DNA from: Paraspadella gotoi
Taxonomy: Eukaryota > Animalia > Chaetognatha
Direction: 5' to 3'
Assembly (NCBI GenBank): GCA_051294375.1
Contig: CM119271.1
Coordinates: 16,002,770 to 16,066,769, forward strand
Length of the DNA stretch: 64,000 nt
Shown: in pieces, positions 39,001 to 57,700 of the stretch
Position numbering within the stretch: position 1 is the first letter of the stretch
How the letters are laid out: every line of letters begins with the position of its first letter
Program-made: the position numbers and the translations under genes
Notes under the pieces: generated by a model
What the model was told of the DNA's origin: nothing
Databases searched by the model: none
What the model saw: only the letters and a program-made list of their open reading frames with translations

Positions 39001-41422
39001 ACGAGAACCGAGCACCCGACTACGCGGAAGAGGGCGCGCCAGGCGAGGAGCGCCGACTCTTTCTCGAGATGAGGGTCATCGCCGAAGTCGGACTAGTTGG
39101 ATTCCCTAACGCAGGTGAGAGGGAAAGAAACCATTCAAACAAAATCAATCATTCTAATCAATCAATCCAATAAATCAGTCAAATCAATCAATCAAATCAA
39201 TCAATCAAATCAATCCAATCCAGGGAAGAGCACCCTCCTTCGCGCCATTTCCCGCGCCAGACCCAAAGTGGCCGCCTACCCCTTCACCACTCTCCGCCCT
39301 TTTGTCGGCTTCGTCGACTTTACCGACAAAGAAAGTCTCACCGTGGCCGACATTCCAGGCATCATTCCCAACGCGCATATGGTGAGAGAAATTCAATCGA
39401 TTCTTAACAAGTTTTACTCTAGAAATTCAATATGAAAAAAAATTGTGTTATTTGATCGTATTTGCATATTGCAGCTTTTGGTATAACTGGATATATTTCA
39501 ATTTTTAAGTCGAACTTTTGTTTCTTAATTAGTTTATCGTGTGTATAATTAGTAGAAGACGTTTGAAAATGTTTGCAACAACGAAAAGAAAGCAAATTCA
39601 CGATATCGTGTGTATAAAAATATCTTCCTTTAAAGCATTTCCTTATACTAAGAGTAGGACGGAAATAGGATTGCTTGTTTGATAAATAATTGAGATATCC
39701 TCGCCAGTCTCTCACCCCGATTCACATCGAGGCGTTCCGTTGTATCCTTGATTTTGACCACCTTGACAATGTTCAGTTATAGCATTTAAATGGATCAAGT
39801 ATCACGATGTCATCACGAGACTCTTGTTAGGATCTATCTTAATAATGAATATAATATGATAGGGTGACGGTCTTGGACTCGATTTTCTGCGTCACATTGA
39901 ACGATGCAAGTGTCTCGTTTACGTCCTCGACCTCTCCACCGGCGACGCCATGGATCAATTAAATTCTCTCAGGTTAGATTATAAAGTGTAATCGAACCGA
40001 CAATGTACCAATTTCTTACTCAAATATCAATCGACATCATTTAAACTAGCTGTCTTCTGATTTTGGACTGGCTATTGTGGATCAGGATAATTACATTGCA
40101 AGACCCTGCAAGACTCTTTGCGACTTTGTTTATTAACCCCCCCCCCAGATTACTCGATTTCCTTATCAATGTAGATGCAAAAATATACAAAACGAAAGAA
40201 ACAACTTTAATTTCACAATACCAATACCAATTTTTTTTATATTGTTATATCAAATATAAACAAATTAGCAAGGGTCTTTAAGCCAACGATTGGAGCGCTT
40301 CCTTCCGAGAGAAAAAAGAAAAGAAGAGTCGAGCGACGTCGCTTTTTCTCGAACAGAAGAACATCGCTTTATAAACCTGAGCTCGTTTCACCGAAGACGA
40401 CGATGATAACGACGACTACTAATGAGGAGGAGCCGCTTCTCTCTCTCTCTTTGCTCTCCTCTCTCTCTCTTTGCTCTTCTCTCTCTCTCGTTTGCTCTCT
40501 CTCTCTCTCTCTGTTTACTCGAAGGAAGCGCTTGATTATCTTGGGATTTTCTTCCCCTCGGCTTGGCGCGTCAAAGATGGCGACGCGCGGTGTCGCCGGT
40601 GGAATCATCAGCGTCGTCGCCTTCTGTCCTCGTTAGTCCTTGCCTTTTTTCGAATCATCGTCATCATCATCGTCATCTTCCGGTGACGGAAATGCGCCTT
40701 GTCGGCCTCGTCTTTCTCTTTTGACGATTTTGAATGTTCAACTTTACGACGATAAATCAATCAATCACTAATAAATCAAAACCCTTTTTTACGATTCTAT
40801 GGCTTTTCGTCTTCTTGACGATTCTATGGCTTTTTGTCTTCTTGACGATTCTATGGCTTTTCGTCTTCGCGATTTCATTTTTCGCCAGTTTAAACCTCCT
40901 TAGCATTCAATGTCCTAATTTCTAAGTTTATTTATATGTTATAATGTTTGTTTGTTTGTTTATTTATAGTGGTTGTACTAATTTCGTATGACAAAACCAC
41001 GAAATCAATATTATAAAAGTTGACGTCAATTGTCCTGAAACTTTTACAAACGCACCTGCACAATGTTAATAGTGAAAAGAAGAAAATTAATATTATTGAT
41101 AAATATTCTGTTTTAGTCGACGCAATGGTCCATAAGGCTTATCTTTTTGTTTTTCCCCAGATTCGAACTCGAGGCTTTCTCGCCCGGCCTCTCCACCTCC
41201 CGCCCCGTCGCCGTTTTGGGCAACAAGATCGACCTCCGCGAATCCAAGGCCAACTTCGTCCTCTTGAAGCGCCGCTTGGAGGAAGAGGCTGGCGACGCCG
41301 CCGCTGCTGCTGCTGTCCCGCTGCCGCTCTTCGCCATCTCCGGGAAGGAGGTTCTCAATCTGAAGGGACTCTTGACTCACTTGAGGAGAATCGTCAAGGA
41401 AGAGGAGAAGGGGGCTTCGTGA
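36076..41422 (+). CDS. MTG2: Mitochondrial Obg-family GTPase 2
   Basis: GGAGGPG...[10 protein letters not shown] Obg fold, [17 protein letters not shown]1 VGFPNAGKSTLL, G2 YPFTT, G3 [18 protein letters not shown]4 NKID and G5 ISG; the N-terminus is presequence-like. Confidence 0.92.
36700..36930. repeat. Degenerate minisatellite of about 22 bp (GGATTGAGGCTTTGGTT-like) in MTG2 intron 1
   Basis: Repeated GATTGAGGCTTT(T)GGTTGGATAG variants. Confidence 0.75.
37762..38228. repeat. Two diverged direct repeats of about 76 bp bounding a GC-richer segment in an MTG2 intron
   Basis: TACTTAGCTGT.CAAGCCAATGG...GCTGAGTTTCACCAA.CTATAC...ATTTAGGATTC.CCACA at 37762-37837 and 38153-38228. Confidence 0.8.
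38396..38468 (-). pseudogene. tRNA-Gly(CCC)-like pseudogene or SINE head
   Basis: On the minus strand the acceptor stem GCGGCCA/TGGTCGC pairs, the anticodon arm TTCGC-CTCCCAA-GCCAA has one mismatch, and the T-arm CCGGG-GTTCTAG-CCCGG is non-canonical. Confidence 0.6.
40791..40870. repeat. 27-bp tandem repeat, 3 copies
   Basis: ACGATTCTATGGCTTTTCGTCTTCTTG repeated. Confidence 0.9.
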
Positions 41423-42503
41423 TGGAAGTGAAAGGGAGGGGAAATAATTGTCAATTTGATAATAAATAATTATTGAATAAACTGTGATTGTTGTTGTTTA
41501 TTAATTACTGTCGTTAATGTTTCTTTTCCAGAATTATTACATAGCTAATCTTGAATTATGGACTTCGAACGTTTACGGAAAATATTCCGAAGTAATGTCC
41601 GCTTTTATTTCCGGGAAATGATGTATTTTGAATGTCGAACAGTAAACGCTTTTACGTTGTTTTCTCACTTGTAATTTTTTTCTCCAAATGGCTCAAAATT
41701 ATATAAAAATCAAAGGAAATTGTTTGATAAGCAGTATTGTTTATCAAATGTTCAAACTAGGCAACCGATTCCGATTGTTGGGCCTTATTTTGAAAATTTA
41801 AACATGATTCCCAGTTTCTTCTTTCCTTTTTTCCGAAGGATTGTAAAGCTGAATATTTTTTTTTTTTTTGGGGGGGGGGTTGTGACTTGTGTCGGTAAGT
41901 CGCGACTTATACTTCTAAAACTAGGCCAATACAATTTGGTCAAATTCATAGATTAATAGCGCGAAACCCCAAAGACTTCTATTTGGTTCCCGCGCGATTT
42001 CTCTGCTCTTTATTTTAATGGCGCTTCTCCGTTGGCACCTTCATCCGTTGCTGGAAAGGCTGTGTTTTTTGAGCAGTACAATGATAAACTGATTGTACGG
42101 CTGCGAATGGGCTATTTTCCAGCACGCAATTTTCTTACTAGCTAATTAACAAACACTTAGTCTTCATATGGGAAGAGTATGCGAAAAGCGACACGGGAGA
42201 ATCTCTGATCGCCCTTCGCCAGAAATCTGGGAATCATGATTTAAATCTGCCGATTTTGTGAATGTACACTTCCCTCGATCTTTTTGCGATGCGGGAGATC
42301 TGGTGTTCCCTCCGTATTTGACTTTGTTGGAGCGGATTTCTTCCCTTTAGGCTCCACTAAAGCGGTTTGCTGGAGCGCGGTGTCGCCGGAGCCTTTTTTT
42401 CTTCGAGCGAAAGAGTCAGAACGATTAACCAATCAAACGCTTTCTCGTTTCAGTTGACTTTCGATACCATAAACTGAAAAAAAAACAACCTTAGAATACA
42501 ACA

Positions 42504-44582
42504 ATGCACCGCTACGGCGGATTTGGTGGCGACCGCTACAGCGGCGCCGGCGGGTCTGGCCTCGGCGCCGGAAGCATGGGTTATGGCGGTTCCAACTTTG
42601 AGCGCTCGCGCGGGAGCTCCTTCAGAGACGGCTACGGGATGCGGGTCGACGGCCACTCTGAAATGCGCGAATCCGAACAGGAAGGAGGCATCTTCTTCCA
42701 AGGAAAACTATTAGACTCTTTCGGGAGTGGCGGCGGTCTCGGGAGTGCCAACGCTGGCGGCCTTGGGGGCGGAGCCGGCTTTGGAAGCGTCCGCGGCGGC
42801 GGTTACAGCGGCAGCCTCTCGGGAGGCATGGGCGGTGGCTTCGGGAGCGGGAGCGGGAGCAGCCTCGGTGACGATCGATTCGGTGGTCAATCGCATCATC
42901 AGACTGGTTTCTGGAAATCTCCTCCGGGGGGAAGAGGCAGGGGCAAAAAAAGGGGTGGTGGTGGTGGTGGTGGTGGTGGTGGTGGCGGCGCCTGGGCCAA
43001 CGGCGCCGCTCGCAAGGCTGAGTCCGACCTTGAGGCCAAAAGGAAAGAACAGGCCAAAATGGCCAAACTGGCCGAAGACGAGAAACGCTTGAGGCAGATG
43101 GAGGAAAAGAGAAGGATGGAGATGGAGGAAATGAGAATGATGGAGGAAGAGAGAAAGAAAAGGATGGAGGAAGAGAAAGCGAGAAAAGTGATGGAAGAAC
43201 TCAAGATGAAACAAGCGGGCGAACGGCGCAAGGAGGCTGAGATTTTAAGAAAGGAGGAAATCTTAAAGAGGAAAGAGCACGAGCTCATGAGGCAAGAGCG
43301 ACAGTTGGCCGCTCAGCGAGAGAGAGAGCGAGTCGAGAGAGAGTTGCAGCGGGAGCAGTCAAAGATCCGCGAAGAGAGGAGTCTTCAGGAGCTGCGACAG
43401 CGCGAAGAGTTGCAGCTCCGCCGCTTGGAGGAGGAGCAGATCCAGCAGCGGTTGATGCAGGATCAATTGCGGGCGCAGGAAGAGATGATTCAGCAGCGCC
43501 ATGCGGAGCAGACGATGAGAATGAAGGCCGCAGTGTTGAATCTCGCTCAGCGGGCCGCCGGGGCGGGCCTGATGGGCCCGCTGCCAAACAGAGAACCTCA
43601 CTTTGCCAGGGGCGGGAGATTCGCCGGCAGGGGGCGCGGCTTTGACAGGGGCCGGGGAGGTGTTGGCTTCAGGGGACGCGGTAGCGCCGTCAGGGGCCGC
43701 GGCGGAAGTGGGAGCGTCGTTGGTAACACCAGCGCTCCTCCCGAAGATCTTAACCTCACTCCGGAAGAGAGGAAGAAGAGGAGGAATCAGAGGAAGAGTC
43801 TGAGGAGACAGGAGAAGAACAAAGTTAGGGTTTTGATGAAATTAGAGGCGGAAGATAAAGAGCGTCGCCTCGTCTGTCGTCAAATCATAAATGATCTCTG
43901 CCGCAAAGTCGCCCACAAGATGAAGTATCCCGACAACGAGGCGCAGACCGACATGTTCCCGGTCGTCACGCCGCTGGCCGACGTTTTGGAGGAGTTCAGG
44001 GAGGAACAGAGAAAGAGGAGGGAGATAGAAAGAGAGGAGGAGAAGAGAAAGAAGGAGGAAGAGGAGGAGGAGGAGAAGAGAAAGAAGGAGGAAGAGGAGG
44101 AAATGAAAAGGAAAGAAGAGGAGGAGAGAAAGGAGAGGGAGGCGAAAGAGGAGGAAGAGAGGAAGGAGAGAGAAGCGAACGAGGAAGAAGAAAGGAAAGT
44201 TAAGGAAGAAGAAAAGAGAGAAGAAGATGAAGTTGTGGAGATTAAAGCCGAGGTCTCTCCCTCTGACCAAGATGAGACCGACAAAGACGCCACCAAAGGC
44301 GCTGAATCTCCTATCAAACGCAAGACTAACAGAGCGCGTCGTGGTCGAGGCGCTCGAGGCGGCGCCAAGCGCGCCGCCGAAGACAACGCCGAGGTTGGCG
44401 CCGTAGAGGTCAAAAAGTCTCGATCCGCGACCAGGGGCGCTCGAGGTGGCCGCGGTGGCCGTGGAGGTCGAGGCGGCTCCAAATCTCCCAACACGGCGTC
44501 GAAACCCGTTACCGTTGAAGGCGATAAGGAAGAGGACGACGACGACGACGACGGAATCGTCGTTTTGGACGACGACGAATGA
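42504..44582 (+). CDS. Intronless 692-aa low-complexity protein: Gly-rich N-terminus, E/R/K coiled-coil or SAH segments, RGG boxes, acidic C-terminus
   Basis: 2079-bp open frame with coding-like composition; an upstream TTTCAG acceptor lies at about 42453. No family recognised. Confidence 0.8.
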   Translation: MHRYGGFGGDRYSGAGGSGLGAGSMGYGGSNFERSRGSSFRDGYGMRVDGHSEMRESEQEGGIFFQGKLLDSFGSGGGLGSANAGGLGGGAGFGSVRGGGYSGSLSGGMGGGFGSGSGSSLGDDRFGGQSHHQTGFWKSPPGGRGRGKKRGGGGGGGGGGGGAWANGAARKAESDLEAKRKEQAKMAKLAEDEKRLRQMEEKRRMEMEEMRMMEEERKKRMEEEKARKVMEELKMKQAGERRKEAEILRKEEILKRKEHELMRQERQLAAQRERERVERELQREQSKIREERSLQELRQREELQLRRLEEEQIQQRLMQDQLRAQEEMIQQRHAEQTMRMKAAVLNLAQRAAGAGLMGPLPNREPHFARGGRFAGRGRGFDRGRGGVGFRGRGSAVRGRGGSGSVVGNTSAPPEDLNLTPEERKKRRNQRKSLRRQEKNKVRVLMKLEAEDKERRLVCRQIINDLCRKVAHKMKYPDNEAQTDMFPVVTPLADVLEEFREEQRKRREIEREEEKRKKEEEEEEEKRKKEEEEEMKRKEEEERKEREAKEEEERKEREANEEEERKVKEEEKREEDEVVEIKAEVSPSDQDETDKDATKGAESPIKRKTNRARRGRGARGGAKRAAEDNAEVGAVEVKKSRSATRGARGGRGGRGGRGGSKSPNTASKPVTVEGDKEEDDDDDDGIVVLDDDE

Positions 44583-46292
44583 GCTCGTCCAATCTAAAAA
44601 TAGAACAGAGACGAGAAACGATCCGTGGCTGAATTTTGGGGGATGTGAGGGTGGGTAGGGCTTAATCTCTCTCTTCTTCTCTCCGAAAACTTTATTTCAT
44701 GGAGAACCAATGGCTTTTCACTGTAAATATTGAAAACACTCTCGCTATAAAATTTACGTTTTTGTAGCGCTGTATTTTCCGAACGCCGCTTCGATAGCCA
44801 TGGCGGGCCCTGTCTATCCCCCCCCCCCGAATTGTCTATTTCACTTTCATGTCTTTATCAAAATTAAGGCGGCAGAGAAAAATGATTTACCGAATTTGAT
44901 TTGGTTTGTTATATTCGACCGCCGTCATTTTTCCTTTTGTAGACCCCAGCGGCCTGGCCGCCTCTAGAATTCAATGGGCTGCGAATCCCAGGTTGGTGAA
45001 AGAGAATCACAAATATTTTTTCTTTCCCTTTTAGTCTTTTACCTTCCGCGTCATCGTTCATACTCGAATATATATTTGAGTATAATGTACTGTATTGCGA
45101 GCCCAAGTAGATTCCGATTGTTTATAGTCTAAATATTTTAAGGGTTTTGAAACCTTAAGTTGTCTTTGCCGAATTCATTTTTGAAGTTTGGGCGAACCCG
45201 GCTCGCGATATTTTTTTTTTGGTTTTTAGAGCATTTAATGAAAACTTGTCATATTTTAATGGAGTCAAATGTTTAAAAAAATTTATTATAATGACGATGG
45301 ACGAAATTAAATGATGTTTGGTGTATAATTTCAATGTCGGAAAACCAAACAAACGAAACGAAGTGAATTCATGGCTGATATTTTCCCCTTTATCAGTGTT
45401 GTATTTTTCCGTTCAATCCCTTATTATTAGTCTATTTATTATCAGTTGAGCTATTATTAAATCGTCTCTCGTCGGTTTGACAAAGACCGCCCTTGTTCAT
45501 AATGTTTCTCGTGGGCGTAACACGAATAATGAAATCGCCTATCGGAGGATCTTCATCTGTGGTCGATGAGACCCTTAATTTAGATTCGGGTACATGAATC
45601 ACGTGGGAGTTATGGATAACGCCACCCTTTCGCCGACCCCGTTTTTCGATAACGGATAAGATTAGTATGAAGGTGGACCAGAGAAGCTTACTTATCACAC
45701 TTCGGAAAAGCCATCGACAAGGTAAGAATTCTTTTCTGTTTAGCCGTAATTATGTCGAAGAAATCTTATGGTTTTCATTTTCTCTTTAAGCCAATAGAGA
45801 TGCAGTACGAAACTGCCTCTGTACTGTAGGGGATGAACTTTGGCGATTGAATCCGAAGACAGCAATCACTTCGCCGATAAAGATTTTCAAATCGTGAAGG
45901 GCGTCTGAATGGAATGGAATATTCGTTGGACATCTTCATGAAAACGATGATCCAGCAGTGATGAAGAAAACTCGATCGCTGAGCTGTTTAAGAGGAAATA
46001 TTCGAATTTGATTATCATTTCGATTGTTAACTCATTTTAAAGTTTAAACGATATTTTACATCCTTGTGTTTATCTAAATTCGTTGGCCCTTTTTTTTTAG
46101 GCTTTCGTTATTCTCCCATCCAGTCTTATTTATTACTAAATAACATTAAATATCTAAGCGGATTTGAGAAATTGTTACTCGCATTCCTGATTTTTAAGTT
46201 ATATTTACTTCCACGCGAACAAAAAGAACCCAGAAAACCGTAGTTTACATATACAAATTTTCTCGCACACCGTGCAAAAAAAAGCGGAAAAA

Positions 46293-52555
<6,263 letters not shown>

Positions 52556-53360
52556 GAGATAGAGACAGAGACGGAGAGAGTGAGAGAGAGTGAGCGGTTT
52601 CGGCCGGGAATTCCATTGTGATATCTTTCGATAATCTTTTTCGAGTTGCATTTTTTTTCTGGTCCCGCGAATTAAATTTTAGATGAAAAACTATTGTTGG
52701 CCATATTTTTTTTTCTTTTTGGGAGGGCGTGAGCTTTGGGCGATCGATTTTATAACCGTTTAGCCTCCTTAGTCGCGTTACACGTTAACGATCAATTGAA
52801 GAAAGATAAACGTTTGGGGTGCTACTTTTTAACAGGGTTTTTTTCTAACGCTGATCCATCCCTCGTTTATGTCCAGGCGATGGGTAAAAAAAAAGGATAT
52901 ATATTTAATCATTATTTTAATTTATTAGTTAGCCAATAACGCTTTTCCCCTTTTTCCCGAGAATGATCGTTTTATTGGCTTTGACTCCGACGTCGGTAGA
53001 GCAAAAACGAATAGAGGGGGGGGTTATACGTTGTGGTTAAAAGTTTTCCTTTTTTTAATTTGTTTTTGTCCACCTTTTTTACTTTAAAAAATAACTAGTT
53101 TCACCTTTTTAGTTTCCATTTTTTTCGTTCGAGCGTCTAGGTTTAATTTTCGTACCGATTTACCTGAATCATGAAAAGTAACTAGCACGATGTAATGCGT
53201 ACTATTTGTAATAAAATATAAACGTTGTTTAGGCAGAAATATGTAAAAACGCGTTAGAGGTTAAAGGCGTTTATGATTTAATAAATATTAATCTTAATGA
53301 AATTGTCCAAACGTAAGGAGTCGAGGGTCTTTTAAGCCATAAGTCAATTTTAAAAGAATA

Positions 53361-53573
53361 CAGGGTGACCGTTTCTTTCGCCGCCGGTTTGAAAAAAGTA
53401 GCTTACGATCTCGTTTTTAATAATGATATGATATTAATAATTTATATATTATTATAGGCTGCTATCCCTGGAGTGTCTTCTTTACTAATGCCCGCATTTT
53501 AACGTAAACACTATCTTAAAATATATAGTTACTGATACATTTTCGAACCGGCACTCAACGAAATATCACCCTG
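53361..53573. mobile_element. Tc1/mariner-like MITE
   Basis: TA|CAGGGTGA...GCCGGTTTGAAAA at the left end and TTTTCGAACCGGC...TCACCCTG at the right end; the right-hand TA has decayed to TC. Confidence 0.65.
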
Positions 53574-53927
53574 TCCTCCATATCAATTTTGGAACCCAGC
53601 ATCTCTCGCGAATAAATTATGTTTAGGTATTCTTAGCTTGTGATATTTTCATTCATACAATCGCAGTTTTTTGTAATAACAATGTTTAAAAAAAGCCATA
53701 CCTACATAAGCGATTAAATAAAACCAAAAACTTATTGCTAGAAATACCATTAGCTATTTCATTGCAATGAAATAAAAAGTCATGCTTCTTCTGAAGAAAG
53801 AAATTCACCCCTTCCCCCCGTATTTGGCAGTTTTAATACGTAACTATCTCCCTCTCGCGGGGCGCGATATATTTATTTATTATTGATTCCGTTTTTAAAA
53901 AACCATTTCGCTAAATAAACTATAGCG

Positions 53928-54538
53928 ATGCTCATGGCCTCGGATTCGCCCGCCGATCCGCCAGCAGATCCGCCCGCCAACTCGTCCGCCAATCCGCCCG
54001 CCGACTGCCCGGAGATTCAGTGCCAAGACTTTCAAGCCTTTCAGCTTCAACTGAAGAATCTTCGCTTCGTCGACGATCGAATCGTGAACGAACTCAATTC
54101 AGAGATTGTCCGTCATCCAGACCCAAGCGCCAAGTGCCTCGAGCTACACCGACTCATCCTCTCCACGCATCAAATCAGAGGTGGAGGATCGTGGGGGGTA
54201 TATTTTAATATTTATTTATTAATGATTAAATTAATTATTTTATTAGATTCATCGATTAAAAAATGTATAAAGAAGACGGCGTCCGACATCAACGACATCA
54301 AAGTGAAACGAGACGCGGAGGAGGAAGCGGTAATTTATTAATTTATTATTGATAAATATTATCTAATCGCATTTTAATATTTGTTATATTTTTCTACTTG
54401 GAGATCTTTGAAATGCGCCGCGTCCAACGACGACTCCAACTTTTTCAAAAGGAGCTCAACATCGAGGAGATCGTCAAGGAGAGAACGTTGAAGGCTTTCA
54501 AGGAGAGATGTCGCTTTCACTACGACGTCGATCTTTGA
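53928..54538 (+). CDS. MIX23: MIX23/CCDC58 mitochondrial intermembrane-space protein, three exons
   Basis: CQDFQAFQLQLKNLRFVDDRIVNELN, C...LHR...RDSSIKKC and ELNIEEIVKERTLKAFKERCRFHY. Confidence 0.9.
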
Positions 54539-54777
54539 CGTCGTCGTTGTTGTTGTTATTCCTTCGCCTTAGATTCGTCTTTCGAACTCGCGTTTTGACT
54601 TTGTTCGGTTTCGGTCATCGTCCTATTGATCGCGTCCGGCGTCAACAAACTTTATTTTAGGTATCAACTTGAATAAAAAAGATATTTTTCTGGTTTTTTT
54701 TTTGTTTTTTTTTTTCTGTTCGTCGAAGGGAGAAGAAAAAACATTTATAAATGACAAGATTTTAAAGACTAAAAAAC

Positions 54778-57700
54778 ATGAACTTCCGTTCGGACGACTG
54801 GCCAGATTCCGAACCTCGGCCCCGCGTTCCGATTCCAACGCCTCGGTCCTCGGGTCACGAGTTCCAATCCGACGGCCTCGACTTTTCTCTCGTCTCCCCA
54901 AGAGCGCCGACCGACGCCGCCCCGCTCTCGCCGCCCGCGGCGCCGATGCCGTTAAACGAGGCCGTTTGGGCGGTGACGCCGGAAAAGGGCGTCCTTCGTG
55001 GGCGGACGCCGGAATGCAGAGGCGGAAGTGACGATAACAATAACAACAACAACAACGAAAAGACGGAAAAGTATTTAGCGGAAAAAGAAAATCGAAATAA
55101 TAACAACAACAAAAATGTCTCTGGGTAAGATTGGGAAATAAAAAGAATGGGTATATACGTATAAGATAATAAACTTTAATGGTTATGAAACAATCTACTA
55201 CAGATTACAAATGGCAAGATATAATGGGTATAAGACAAATTACTCCACTGCACGGAAACTGAATATTTTTATCCATTAATATAGAGCATCTAAAAAAGCA
55301 ATAGCCGAGATCCTTCCGTCGGCCGGACAAGATACTCGTCTATCGGCCAGCCAGAAGTCAACTTCAGTCGGGCAGGATTCTCGTCTGTCGGCCAACCAGA
55401 AGTCAACTTCAGTCGGGCAGGATTCTCGTCTGTCGGCCAACCAGAAGTCAACTTCAGTCGGGCAGGACTCTCGTCTATCGGCCAACCAGAAGTCAACTTC
55501 AGTCGGGCAGGACTCTCGTCTATCGGCCAGCCAGAAGTCAACTCCTTCAGTCTGGCAAGATCCTCGTCGAACTGAAAGGGTGCAAATTCTCTCGCCCCGA
55601 GAACCCTTTCCGCCTCAACGCTCGGTCGACGCCCGACCGTCTCCAGGATCCGGGGTTCGAAGTCAAAAAGCGACGACGAAAAAGGATCGGGTCGCAGCGA
55701 AGTCGACTTCGTCTCGTTCGTCATCGCCGCGACCTGACTTTTCGCCTTCGACCTCCTCTTCGCGCGATATTCCGTCTACGTCACGTGCCCCGCCTTCCGC
55801 TCCGCAATTTTGTCGTGCTCCGCAATCCGCTCCGCAGTCCGCTCCGCTTCCCTCCACCTCCCCTCATCCCAACTCTCTCCGTCTCGTCGCCGCCGAGACC
55901 GCCAATCTCAAGGACGCCAGTTTCGATTCCGTCGCCGCCGCCACCGATCTCCTGCGCCGCGACGCCGTCGACGACGGAGCCGGCGTCATAGGCGCCGCTT
56001 TGAGTCGCGCGGCGTCGCGAAAGACGAACGTTCCACGACGCGGCGTCGTCTTTAGAGATTTGGTCGAGTTGAGCGGAGAGGAGGCGGCGGTGGAGGGTGA
56101 GGTGGAAAAGACGAGGAGGAGGATATTCGGGTGAGTTTAAGGGGGGAGGTGGGGAATGGTAGTGGAGAGAATTGTTGAGAGTGGTTGAATTGCATGGAAA
56201 TGACGGTGGTTGTGGAGTAGAGTAGATATTAAATAAAAAAAAAGCTATCTTAATCTTCTGTTGACATTGAATACTGATTAGTTTAGTTGAGGACTCCATC
56301 CTCTTAAGAGATAATCTCGCGGTCAGCTTTCAATCTATTATTCTCTCACAAAGTATTTGTTTCGCTCACAGCGAGCCAGACTCCTTTATAAATATAGTTG
56401 TATGATATTTATTAATTAATCAATTAAATATTTATCTTTTGCCTTTCTTTCCTCACTCAGACGTCGTCCCCAGCCTCGTCTCCCATCATCCGTCCCTCCC
56501 GTCGTCGACGGAGATTTCTCGAGTCGCCCTCGTCCCGACATCAACGACTTTTGGAATCCCGAGTGGGAGATCGCCCGCCCCGACTGGTCGCTCCCCGGAG
56601 ATGTTCGTCGACACTCTCCCGAGGATCGAGCGCCTTGTTTCGACGCGGAGAAAATGTTGGAGGAGGCGGGGGATCCGAGCGACGCCCTCGAGAGGATATC
56701 TCGGGATTTAGACAGAAGATTAAAAGTGGAGAGTTTGTTATCGAATTAATTTTCTTGATTTATATTTCATTGTTGATTTTATGTGATTTTTACATCAGTT
56801 TTTTTTATTATTATTAATAGATTTAAATGTTAATCTTCGGCCAAGTTTTTCACGCTAAACTCCCAGCGCAGCGCAGCGGTGCACTGCGCTGCGCTACACC
56901 GCGCGGAATTTAATATGGCGCTGACGTCGAGCGTCTCAAAGGAAAAGGAACCTCAGTTCGTCCTTATTCCTTCGAAAAATGACGATGGAGACGGAGCGGA
57001 ATTCGTCGTTGTCAGAATCGACGACGACGACGACGACGAAGAAGATAAAAAACCAACGAAAAATAAACTCGTGAATAAAACTCAGTCGACGCCTCAGCTC
57101 GATTTGGAGCTGGAAATTCGCAAGGCGTTGGGACTTTCCACGAAGGAGACGAAAAACTCTTCGGACGCGGAGGATGATTTGAAAAAAATGCCTCCGACTT
57201 CTGGAAAGACGAAACCAGGAGCTACGAACATCTCCGCGCTTTGCGATCTCGAGCAAGAAATCATGAAAGAAATGGGTCTGAAGTCGGCGAAGAAAAAACG
57301 GGCAGTTCCTCGAACGGAATCGAACTCGGTACCTCTCGCGAACGAAGCCAAGGACGATGAGTCAATCGCCGTCGGGACGGAAGTCAAACGGGACGAGTCC
57401 GCCACCGTCACATCCTCGTCTCTTTGTAGGAGAGGATTTCCACCGCGTATCGCTCTTGACTCGGCCGCCTTAGCAGCCTCCTCAGCCGCCACCGCCGCTT
57501 CCCTCGATTCTCAGGCAGCTCCTCGTAATAATCGCGGTTTTCAGTCATCGCGAATTCGAAAATTTTCGATCACGAGACCCGATTACGTTCGTCCAGTCGG
57601 GAATCGGTTAAGACCGCCGGAGCCCGAGGACTTCAAGTGCGTTTCGCGCTTAAATGAATGAACCAATAAATCAATGAATTATAGGATTGAATAAATGAAT

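Noticed and set aside
42711-44494. Long minus-strand ORFs here and at 59773-60642 and 16891-17283
   Set aside because: They are antisense shadows of low-complexity + strand exons, with no recognisable motifs or splice structure.
44950-45730. Heat-shock elements upstream of HSP110
   Set aside because: Only isolated GAA/TTC half-arrays were seen, with no convincing triple inverted nGAAn array.
45800-45990. GC-richer structured stretch upstream of the HSP110 ATG as a snoRNA or SECIS
   Set aside because: No properly spaced C/D boxes with a terminal stem, and the SECIS quartet does not form.
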